Assembly: GCA_937903135.1 (NCBI GenBank) | Contig: CALDAH010000028.1 | Location: forward strand, 2,474 to 66,473 | Direction of reading: 5' to 3' | DNA length: 64,000 bases | Origin: an uncultured Alphaproteobacteria bacterium | GTDB lineage: Bacteria > Pseudomonadota > Alphaproteobacteria > Rs-D84 | Shown: positions 12,646 to 19,491 of the stretch, one piece after another | Position numbering within the stretch: position 1 is the first letter of the stretch | Layout of the letters: every line of letters begins with the position of its first letter | Program-made: the position numbers and the translations under genes | Notes under the pieces: generated by a model | Told to the model about the DNA's origin: nothing | Databases searched by the model: none | Seen by the model: the letters and a program-made list of their open reading frames with translations, nothing else

Positions 12646-12722
12646 GGCGGGATAGCTCAGCTGGTTAGAGCAGCGGAATCATAATCCGCGTGTCGGGGGT
12701 TCAAGTCCCTCTCCCGCTACCA
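12646..12722 (+). tRNA. tRNA with CAT anticodon (elongator tRNA-Met, or lysidine-type tRNA-Ile2)
   Basis: 77-nt cloverleaf: acceptor GGCGGGA/TCCCGCT, D arm GCTC-AGCTGGTTA-GAGC, anticodon arm GCGGA-ATCATAA-TCCGC, T arm GGGGG-TTCAAGT-CCCTC, encoded CCA. It lacks the GGG/CCC anticodon stem and C1:A72 mismatch, so it is not an initiator. Confidence 0.9.
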
Positions 12723-12733
12723 AAATTTAAATG

Positions 12734-12752
12734 CCCGGTTTACCCGGGTTTT
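12734..12752 (+). terminator. Rho-independent terminator after tRNA-Met
   Basis: CCCGG-TTTAC-CCGGG followed by TTTTAATTTTT. Confidence 0.6.
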
Positions 12753-12770
12753 AATTTTTATATAAGCGGC

Positions 12771-12781
12771 GGGGATGATTT
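12771..12781 (+). repeat. 11-nt direct repeat GGGGATGATTT (copy 2)
   Basis: Exact copy of 12591-12601, on the other side of the tRNA-Met promoter-gene-terminator unit. Confidence 0.6.
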
Positions 12782-12810
12782 TCCCCATATATTCCCGGTG
12801 TTTTATTTAC

Positions 12811-12839
12811 TTGTTTTTATAGGCCGCCTAACTTATACT
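12811..12839 (+). promoter_or_regulatory. sigma70-type promoter for the downstream structured RNA candidate
   Basis: TTGTTT (12811-12816), 17-nt spacer, TATACT (12834-12839). Confidence 0.5.
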
Positions 12840-12845
12840 TTTTAC

Positions 12846-13066
12846 GAATTCATAGGGATATGAATTCGGGACTTAGAAAATCCCAATCAAGGCGGTGCAT
12901 CGCATCGTAATCCTGAAATTGGCGCAATTTTGCGCCGTTTCTTCCCCGACTTTGGTCGGGAGGCTGTGGCTATACAACAGGTGGGCCGTTATGGGACACT
13001 AAACACCACAGGATCATCCCTTGATTGATTTTTCTAACTTCCCGACCACCATTTATTTGGTGGTTT
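12846..13066 (+). ncRNA. unclassified structured ncRNA candidate (6S-like closing stem; class unresolved)
   Basis: No ORF. 12868-12892 pairs with 13019-13043 (about 22 bp in four blocks: GGGA, TTAGAAAA, TC, AATCAAGG). The stem encloses hairpins at 12921-12936 (GGCGC-AATTTT-GCGCC), 12945-12960 (CCCGAC-TTTG-GTCGGG) and 12964-12969/13006-13011 (CTGTGG/CCACAG). It is bounded by a promoter and a CCACCA-(6 nt)-TGGTGG-TTT hairpin at 13046-13066. Confidence 0.4.
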
Positions 13067-13092
13067 AATTAATTCAAAACAAAGGGTTCGTT

Positions 13093-14061
13093 ATGCCGAA
13101 AAAAAATCAATCACCAATCGCGGTCGCGTTCTGTTTTGACGAAAATATGTGGATGCTGGCCGGGGTTGCAATCCGGTCGCTGTTATACCATAAATCACCC
13201 GGGCGCGCGTATAATATCTATTGCGTTGTCCCGCCGGATTTAGCCGATGAAAAACGATCCGAGCTGGCCGATATTGTCGCCAGGGCAGATGCCGAAAGTT
13301 GTATTATATTCCTGAATGCAAATTCTGATTTTAATAAATCTGTTGTTCGTCAGTATACCGTCGGAATTTACTATCGTTTTATGCTGGCGCGATTGCTGCC
13401 AGATGTTGACCGGATTATTTACTGTGATGCCGATGTGGCATTCTGCGGGCCGCTGGACGCGCTGTATGATATTAATATGGCAGATAACATAATCGCCGGT
13501 GTTCGTGACGTTGCCCAGGGGCGACCGTATCCGGCGGCCGCGAATGGATATATTAACAGCGGTGTACTGGTTATGAATCTGGCCGAGATTCGCCGCCGTA
13601 ATATGTATTCACGGTGGCGTGAATTATCCATGCGCGATGATTATGCGTATCCCGATCAGGATATTTTAAATCAAACCTGTGACGGAAAGATTTTATATCT
13701 GCCGCCGATTTATAACTATATGCCCGGCGCCGGGAATCGGATGGCGGGGGCAATTGCCAATGGTGTATATAGCGCGCGTGAATGTGAAATGGCCGCAAAA
13801 AACCCGGTGATTATTCATTATATCCTGCGTCAGCCGTGGAATGGCCGGGCAAATGTTTTGGGACATTTATGGTGGCGATATGCCGCGATGACGCCGTTTT
13901 ATGATGCGTTCTTGGCACGGTTGCGGCAAAGTGCGGATGTTATTATTCATCGCGTTTTGTTATTTAACTTTATTAACATAATGACGGTAAAGGTTCGCCA
14001 GAATCTGGTTAAATATTATCTGTTCGGTATAATCCCGATTATAAAGGTAAAAAGTGTATAA
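13093..14061 (+). CDS. glycosyltransferase family 8 (LPS/oligosaccharide glycosyltransferase)
   Basis: 322 aa. YYRFMLARLLP, IIYCDADV (DxD), YINSGVLVMNL and PDQDILN are GT8 signatures. Confidence 0.8.
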   Translation: MPKKNQSPIAVAFCFDENMWMLAGVAIRSLLYHKSPGRAYNIYCVVPPDLADEKRSELADIVARADAESCIIFLNANSDFNKSVVRQYTVGIYYRFMLARLLPDVDRIIYCDADVAFCGPLDALYDINMADNIIAGVRDVAQGRPYPAAANGYINSGVLVMNLAEIRRRNMYSRWRELSMRDDYAYPDQDILNQTCDGKILYLPPIYNYMPGAGNRMAGAIANGVYSARECEMAAKNPVIIHYILRQPWNGRANVLGHLWWRYAAMTPFYDAFLARLRQSADVIIHRVLLFNFINIMTVKVRQNLVKYYLFGIIPIIKVKSV

Positions 14062-14089
14062 AAACACCGGCATTTGCCGGTGTTTTCTG

Positions 14090-14764
14090 TTAAAAATTAT
14101 TGCTGATTTTATCGTATCGTTTATGTATACATCCGATTGTTGTTTTATGAACGCCCGGGGTAATTTCATAATAAATATATCGCCCGGCACGACGTGATTT
14201 TACAAAATCATCATCGTATAGTTTTTTTAGATATTGCGATAGTTTTACCTGAACGATTCCCGTTGCCTGGGATATATCGCATACACACGATTCCCCGGCG
14301 TATATTAAGTATTCCAGTATCCGCAGTTTGTCATAGTTTGCGAATAATTTAATCCTGTTCGCGGCCATCGTTGTATAATCGGTCGGCAGAATTTCTTTGT
14401 GGTTGTCGTTTAAAAACTTTAATTGATCCGTCATATGCCCGAATAGCTTGCGCAGGCATACAAAAATACTCGCGGGGTATTCTTCGCATATATCATAGTA
14501 TATAAATATCCCACGGCGGGTGGTATGAACCAGATTAGCGTCACGCATCTTCTTTAGGTGCTGGGATACTATCATCTGTTCGGTATTTACCCCGCGGGCG
14601 ATCGCAGATACAGATGACGGGCCGAAAACATCTAAAAATTCCAATATACGCAGCCGGGTCGGGTGTGATATATACGACAGACCACGTGCGGCACGTTCCA
14701 TAATATTCGTCGGTAGCTGCTGGGTTATTTTAACGTCGTTTATATATTGTGTGTTTTTTCGCAT
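14090..14764 (-). CDS. ArsR/SmtB-family regulator with two tandem winged-helix domains
   Basis: Two ArsR-like units are present: HPTRLRILEFL...VSAIARGVNTEQMIVSQHLKKMRDANLV and DKLRILEYL...VCDISQATGIVQVKLSQYLKKLYDDDFV. The start at 14764 has GGGGG 7 nt upstream. The ORF track start is 14794. Confidence 0.7.
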   Translation of the reverse strand: MRKNTQYINDVKITQQLPTNIMERAARGLSYISHPTRLRILEFLDVFGPSSVSAIARGVNTEQMIVSQHLKKMRDANLVHTTRRGIFIYYDICEEYPASIFVCLRKLFGHMTDQLKFLNDNHKEILPTDYTTMAANRIKLFANYDKLRILEYLIYAGESCVCDISQATGIVQVKLSQYLKKLYDDDFVKSRRAGRYIYYEITPGVHKTTIGCIHKRYDKISNNF

Positions 14765-14822
14765 TAAATGCCCCCGATGTTTAAACAATAGCATCTTTTG
14801 TTGCGTGATTCAAATAAATTGT

Positions 14823-14851
14823 TTGACTTTTTGATATGTATTAAATATTAT
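14823..14851 (+). promoter_or_regulatory. sigma70-type promoter for the CPVC membrane protein operon
   Basis: TTGACT, 17-nt spacer, TATTAT. An AT-rich imperfect inverted repeat (TATATATTGA / TTTAATATATA, about 14851-14873) lies immediately downstream and is a possible ArsR operator. Confidence 0.45.
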
Positions 14852-14883
14852 ATATATTGATTTTAATATATAAAGGGAAAGGT

Positions 14884-15378
14884 ATGAAACGGTTTTTATT
14901 GTCTTTATTGTTATTTGCGCCCGTGGCGGCGATGGCAAATCCGGCGTGTCCGGTATGTACAGTTGCAATCGGGGCGGCGTTACCGATTACCCGTCGTATT
15001 GGCGTGCCCGATATCATTAGCGGGATATGGATCGGCGCATTTTTGGCAATACTTGGTTACTGGGTTATTAGATTTATGGATCGGCGTGGATGGAATTTCC
15101 GGGGACGTAATGCGCTGGTTTTGGTGTTATCCATCGCGACGATCGGGTTTTCGTATCTAGGGCAGCTGCGATATAGCCCGTGTTTATATTTCGGATTTTT
15201 AAATATTGATCCGCTGTTACTTGGCACTATTATCGGCGCGTTGGTATTTATTATAACCGAAAAGGTATATGAATACCTGAAGCTGAAAAATGGCGGGCAT
15301 GCGCATTTCCCATTTGAAAAGGTGGTATTGCCGATTATTACACTCGCGGCGGCAAGTTTATTAATGACGTTGTGCTGA
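14884..15378 (+). CDS. integral membrane protein with an N-terminal CPVC motif
   Basis: Signal peptide MKRFLLSLLLFAPVAAMA, then NPACPVCTVAIGAAL and about 4 TM helices. Divergent from the ArsR-family gene. No named family recognised. Confidence 0.6.
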   Translation: MKRFLLSLLLFAPVAAMANPACPVCTVAIGAALPITRRIGVPDIISGIWIGAFLAILGYWVIRFMDRRGWNFRGRNALVLVLSIATIGFSYLGQLRYSPCLYFGFLNIDPLLLGTIIGALVFIITEKVYEYLKLKNGGHAHFPFEKVVLPIITLAAASLLMTLC

Positions 15379-15399
15379 TAAAACAAAGGACGGTATGTA

Positions 15400-15975
15400 A
15401 TGGAAAAAATAAAAAATCTGGAAGAGTTTGTTGAAAAAATGGATGCCGCAAAGAAGGTAAATCCAAAAGATCTATCCGCGGATCAGGATTTAACAATCGG
15501 GATTATGAACCTGATATCTATTGAGGAACATTTGATGTTTTCCGGTGCAAAAACCGGCAAGAACGAGTTTTATGATTTGATTAATGATATTCGCGAACAG
15601 CGCAAAAATATGATGTTAAAGATTATCCCGTCATACGAGGGCGAGGTTTGGTGTATATCAAAACATCTGCTGGCCGCCGCAATGCGTGTGTTTGAGGTCG
15701 GAACAAAACAGCTGGCCGCGGGGGAACGCGGCTCGGCATATGAATTATTTAATCAGTCATATGGACTCTATTGTATATTCTGGGGGCTGAATATGGGAAT
15801 GATGGGCGGCGGTGATGTTCGCTGGGTAAAAACGCCCGCGGCTAAAAAGGCGCGCAGATCCAATAACGCGGTAAACGGTGATGAGATAGATAATGCCGAT
15901 TTACCAGAAAACGCCGCGGGGATATCTAAATTAAAAGCGTGGGTAAAAAACGCGGTTAATTGCTGCATAGAATAA
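15400..15975 (+). CDS. hypothetical soluble protein (C-terminal CC motif)
   Basis: 191-aa ORF 21 nt downstream of the membrane protein gene. Contains EEHLMFS...WCISKHLL and ends ...NAVNCCIE. No named family recognised. Confidence 0.55.
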   Translation: MEKIKNLEEFVEKMDAAKKVNPKDLSADQDLTIGIMNLISIEEHLMFSGAKTGKNEFYDLINDIREQRKNMMLKIIPSYEGEVWCISKHLLAAAMRVFEVGTKQLAAGERGSAYELFNQSYGLYCIFWGLNMGMMGGGDVRWVKTPAAKKARRSNNAVNGDEIDNADLPENAAGISKLKAWVKNAVNCCIE

Positions 15976-15999
15976 CAGCTGTTTAGTTTTTATTGGACG

Positions 16000-16029
16000 C
16001 ATCCTGCATTTTTATGCGGGATGTTTTTT
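16000..16029 (+). terminator. Rho-independent terminator
   Basis: CATCCTGCAT-TTTT-ATGCGGGATG (10 bp with one G:U) followed by TTTTTT. Confidence 0.75.
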
Positions 16030-16080
16030 ATCCTTGATTTTTCATCCCCATGCCGTATAATTGGCAGGCAAATATTATAT

Positions 16081-16154
16081 GCCCTAATAGTCTAGTGGTA
16101 AAACACGTCCTTGGTAAGGACGAGTCGCAAGTCCGATTCTTGCTTAGGGCACCA
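16081..16154 (+). tRNA. tRNA-Thr (GGT)
   Basis: 74-nt cloverleaf. The anticodon arm CGTCC-TTGGTAA-GGACG is near-identical to that of E. coli tRNA-Thr(GGU). Acceptor GCCCTAA/TTAGGGC, encoded CCA. The T loop reads TCCGATT (C at position 55), and the D stem has one C:A mismatch. Confidence 0.8.
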
Positions 16155-16204
16155 GGTTAAAAAATTCCAATTAATTTTATCAGACGGGAAGCGGACGGGT
16201 AAAA

Positions 16205-16906
16205 ATGAAACCAAAGATTATTATTCCCGCATGGGTGGATAACGGAAAAATAACACAGAGAATGTCATATGAAAATTCTGTGGTTAATGCCGGCGGTATT
16301 CCAATTTTATCATCACCGGAAAATACTAAGTTTATCTGTGGCCATCTAAAACCGGATGGGGTTTTACTCTGCGGTGGTATTTTTGATTTGCCGCCCGCGG
16401 CCTTGATACCGACCGGTTGCCCGATCAGGGCGTTGGATTTATCCAGATATAATCAGTATATTTATTTAATAAAATATGCAAAAAAAAATAAAATCCCACT
16501 GTTCGCTATATGCGCAGGGTTTGAAGTTATGGGGAATTTTTTAGGCGGCCGGGTTAAACGTATATCCGGGCATAAATCGGATGATTGCAATTTAATAACT
16601 AACCATTCGGTAGAGGTTATAGGGCCAAATAAATATATAAATAAACAAAGTTTTATTGTTAATTCAATTCACGGCGCGGGATTAGATTTAGCAGATTCTA
16701 AAAACATAGATGTTTTAGCCAAGGCGTCCGATGGCACAATAGAGGCAATAGCACCGCGAAAACCATGGGCTGATTTTGTATTGGCGGTTCAATGGCATCC
16801 GGAATTATTAGATAATAAATTGCAAAACGGTTTGTTTAAACAATTTATCCAATCGGCCGCGCGGGTCGCGGAAAATAACCGTGGGCGCTGTGATTCGGGC
16901 CGCTAA
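16205..16906 (+). CDS. class I glutamine amidotransferase / peptidase C26 (gamma-glutamyl hydrolase, PuuD-like)
   Basis: 233 aa. The nucleophile elbow PLFAICAGFEVMG and the VQWHPE His/Glu motif are present. Confidence 0.7.
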   Translation: MKPKIIIPAWVDNGKITQRMSYENSVVNAGGIPILSSPENTKFICGHLKPDGVLLCGGIFDLPPAALIPTGCPIRALDLSRYNQYIYLIKYAKKNKIPLFAICAGFEVMGNFLGGRVKRISGHKSDDCNLITNHSVEVIGPNKYINKQSFIVNSIHGAGLDLADSKNIDVLAKASDGTIEAIAPRKPWADFVLAVQWHPELLDNKLQNGLFKQFIQSAARVAENNRGRCDSGR

Positions 16907-16969
16907 AAATATTAAAATCATCGCGGATATATTTTATAAATTTATAAAAAATATGTTAATAGTTTATTC

Positions 16970-16998
16970 TTGAAATTCCGAAAATTCTTGTGTAAACT
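16970..16998 (+). promoter_or_regulatory. sigma70-type promoter of the aspS leader
   Basis: TTGAAA (16970-16975), 17-nt spacer, TAAACT (16993-16998). This predicts an untranslated leader of about 245 nt. Confidence 0.5.
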
Positions 16999-17004
16999 TG
17001 CGAA

Positions 17005-17248
17005 AGTGAAGTGGCTGTATGTGATTTAAATGCTGCAGCGGCGCGCATCAGAAATATGATTTAATATATTTTTGGGGAAAATTTTTTGGGCGCGAACGTA
17101 GTGATGTGATTGACAACCACGGAATGTTCAGAACCCGGTTATATAAGTTACAAGTCGGGGTGGCACCGCGCAAAATTGCGCCCCCGGTTATAAATTTACG
17201 GGTGCTGTTTAATAATCATAGTGCTCGGATAAAAACAAAGGGGCAGAT
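17005..17248 (+). promoter_or_regulatory. T-box-like tRNA-sensing leader (candidate Asp specifier) upstream of aspS
   Basis: GGGGUGGCACCGCG (17157-17170) matches the conserved T-box core GGUGGNACCGCG. 17156-17186 folds as helix CGGGG/CCCCG, a 7-nt bulge UGGCACC, and helix GCGC-AAAAUU-GCGC, which is the T-box antiterminator architecture. The leader's only GAC triplet (17112-17114) is followed by A. A weak alternative terminator pairs 17180-17186 with 17199-17205, followed by UGUUU. I could not delineate Stem I. Confidence 0.5.
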
Positions 17249-19003
17249 ATGTTATCACTGAAATCTAAATACAGAACGCATACATGCGGCGATTTAAACG
17301 CGGCAAATGTCGGGGAAAACGTTACGCTATCGGGTTGGGTACATCGTAAACGTGACCATGGGGCATTGCTGTTTATTGACCTGCGTGATAATTATGGAAT
17401 AACGCAGTGTGTTTTTGATGGCGGGGACGCGGAAATGGAAAAAATTCGCCCCGAGTCTGTTATTAAAATCACAGGAAAGGTTGTCGCCCGCGACGCAAGT
17501 GCCGTTAATGATAAAATACCGACCGGTGAAATTGAAATTCAGGCCACATCGTGCGAGGTGTTAACAAACGCAGACGTTTTGCCATTTCAGGTATTTGGCG
17601 ATGACGGTTCGGTATCAGAAGATTTGCGTTTAAAGTATCGCTATATTGATCTGCGTCGTGAAACACTGCATAAAAATATTTTATTCCGTAATCGCGTAAT
17701 GAAATTTTTACGTGATAAAATGTGGGATATGGGATTTTCAGAATTCCAGACACCGATACTTACCGTATCTAGTCCCGAGGGGGCGCGCGATTATATCGTT
17801 CCATCACGTCATCATCATGGAATGTTTTATGCATTGCCCCAGGCGCCACAGCAGTTTAAACAGTTAATTCAAATATCCGGTTTTGATCGCTATTTTCAGA
17901 TCGCACCGTGTTTTCGTGACGAAGATTTACGTGCCGATCGTTTGCTGGAATTTTACCAGTTGGATCTGGAAATGTCGTTTGTTGATCTGCCCGATATTCA
18001 GGCGGTCGGGGACGAATTAATACCGGCATTAATTCGTGAATTTGTACCCGATGCAAAAATCGCAGATGAAATCCCGCATATCCCGTTCGAGGAAGCAATG
18101 CTAAAATACGGATGTGATAAACCGGACCTGCGTAATCCGATTATTATATCCGATGTAACGGATGTTTTCCGTGGATCAGATTTCGCGATATTTGCAAATG
18201 CAATTGAAAACGGTGCGGTTGTTCGTGCAATACCTGCGCCGAATTCGGCCGATAAACCACGCAGCTGGTTTGATAAATTGGGTGACTATGCGGTCAAAGA
18301 ACTAGGGCTTGGCGGTCTGGGATATATTATTTTCGCGGACGAGCCAAAAGGCCCGGTCGCCAAGAAATTGGATGCGGCGCGCATCGCGGCACTGCGTGAA
18401 ATTGCCGGGGATAATTCGTCGTTATTCTTTGTATGTGATACGGCCGCGAATGCCGCCAAGGCTGCCGGGAAACTGCGCATTAAGCTTGGTGATGATTTAG
18501 GCTTAATTGATCCAAAGGAATTTCGTTTATGCTGGATTGAAGATTTCCCGATGTATGAATTAAACGAAGAAACCGGTGCGATTGATTTTGGTCACAACCC
18601 GTTTAGTTTGCCAAAGGGCGAACTGGATGGCGACCCGTTACAGATTAAGGCGAATCAGTTTGATATGGTATTAAACGGGGCCGAGATCTGCAGTGGCGGG
18701 CTGCGTAACTATAACCCTGAAACCATGGTAAAAGCGTTTGCGATTGCAGGATATGGCGAAGAGGTTGTAAAGCAAAAATTCGGCGGAATGTATGCAGCGT
18801 TTCAATACGGCGCGCCGCCGCACGGCGGATGTGCATTCGGAATTGACCGATTAATCCAGATTATGCTGGGTGAACAAAACCTGCGCGAGGTTGTTTTGTT
18901 CCCGACCAATCAGCGCGGCCAGGATTTAATGCTCGGCGCCCCGCGTGAGGTTACAGAACAGCAGCTGCGCGAGGTTCATATACAGGTTCGCAAAAAGAAC
19001 TAA
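17249..19003 (+). CDS. aspS: aspartate--tRNA ligase
   Basis: 584 aa: YRTHTCGDL...VTLSGWVHRKRDHGALLFIDLRDNYGITQ (OB fold), class II motifs FRDEDLRADR and GGLRNY..., GAPPHGGCAFGIDRL. Confidence 0.95.
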   Translation: MLSLKSKYRTHTCGDLNAANVGENVTLSGWVHRKRDHGALLFIDLRDNYGITQCVFDGGDAEMEKIRPESVIKITGKVVARDASAVNDKIPTGEIEIQATSCEVLTNADVLPFQVFGDDGSVSEDLRLKYRYIDLRRETLHKNILFRNRVMKFLRDKMWDMGFSEFQTPILTVSSPEGARDYIVPSRHHHGMFYALPQAPQQFKQLIQISGFDRYFQIAPCFRDEDLRADRLLEFYQLDLEMSFVDLPDIQAVGDELIPALIREFVPDAKIADEIPHIPFEEAMLKYGCDKPDLRNPIIISDVTDVFRGSDFAIFANAIENGAVVRAIPAPNSADKPRSWFDKLGDYAVKELGLGGLGYIIFADEPKGPVAKKLDAARIAALREIAGDNSSLFFVCDTAANAAKAAGKLRIKLGDDLGLIDPKEFRLCWIEDFPMYELNEETGAIDFGHNPFSLPKGELDGDPLQIKANQFDMVLNGAEICSGGLRNYNPETMVKAFAIAGYGEEVVKQKFGGMYAAFQYGAPPHGGCAFGIDRLIQIMLGEQNLREVVLFPTNQRGQDLMLGAPREVTEQQLREVHIQVRKKN

Positions 19004-19021
19004 GATCGCGATCGCAGTTAA

Positions 19022-19055
19022 ATCACCCGCATGTTCTGCGGGTGATTTTATTTTT
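19022..19055 (+). terminator. Rho-independent terminator after aspS
   Basis: ATCACCCGC-(7 nt)-GCGGGTGAT followed by TTTATTTTT. Confidence 0.8.
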
Positions 19056-19128
19056 ACCACGATAAGAGAAATCATACCTATTACAACTAATTTTTTCCCA
19101 TGTATAATTTATACAAAGGATGTGGGGT

Positions 19129-19485
19129 ATGGTTGATATTAATTCATTAGAATATTTATCTCAAACACTTGGGCTTAGCCCGTATCAGGAAAACCATCTG
19201 CGATTAAATCAGCATAAATATAACATGGGCCGGTTGGTAAAACGCGGCGGCGTTTTATATGCGCCACACGCCGGACGCGGCTTTATCCGTGGCATCGGGC
19301 GAGTATTATTTGGATGCCCGGCGGATTTAATCGGAAAAAATAAAACACTGTTAAAAAATCAGCGCGGTATTAAATTCTGCGCTGATGGATATCACTGCGT
19401 TCGTATCGGACGATTTACATATTATGCCGACCCGAATGGCCAGGCGGTTTCGCGTGAAATCTTTATGCGCGCATCACAGCGTTAA
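19129..19485 (+). CDS. hypothetical protein
   Basis: 118-aa ORF (the track start 19120 is 3 codons upstream). TTACAA-16-TGTATAAT promoter-like sequence at 19081-19108. No motif recognised. Confidence 0.45.
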   Translation: MVDINSLEYLSQTLGLSPYQENHLRLNQHKYNMGRLVKRGGVLYAPHAGRGFIRGIGRVLFGCPADLIGKNKTLLKNQRGIKFCADGYHCVRIGRFTYYADPNGQAVSREIFMRASQR

Positions 19486-19491
19486 TCACGA

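Noticed and set aside
12846-13066. Assigning the structured RNA to tmRNA, SRP (4.5S) RNA, RNase P RNA or a riboswitch for the downstream GT8 gene.
   Set aside because: There is no tRNA-like T arm or CCA end and no tag ORF (tmRNA). There is no GGUCCGGAAGGAAGCAGCC-type SRP motif and no GAGGAAAGUCCGGGC P4 motif. I found no core motifs of the TPP, FMN, cobalamin, glycine, fluoride or c-di-GMP classes. Its own hairpin plus T-tract precedes the GT8 start. The 6S assignment is left open rather than asserted.
17182-17243. Translational (SD-sequestering) mode for the aspS T-box-like leader, by pairing CCCC 17182-17185 with the GGGG of the RBS at 17240-17243.
   Set aside because: Only 4 contiguous base pairs can form and they are about 55 nt apart. 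The nearer 17180-17186/17199-17205 hairpin followed by UGUUU is a better, though still weak, alternative. The mode of regulation is left undetermined.
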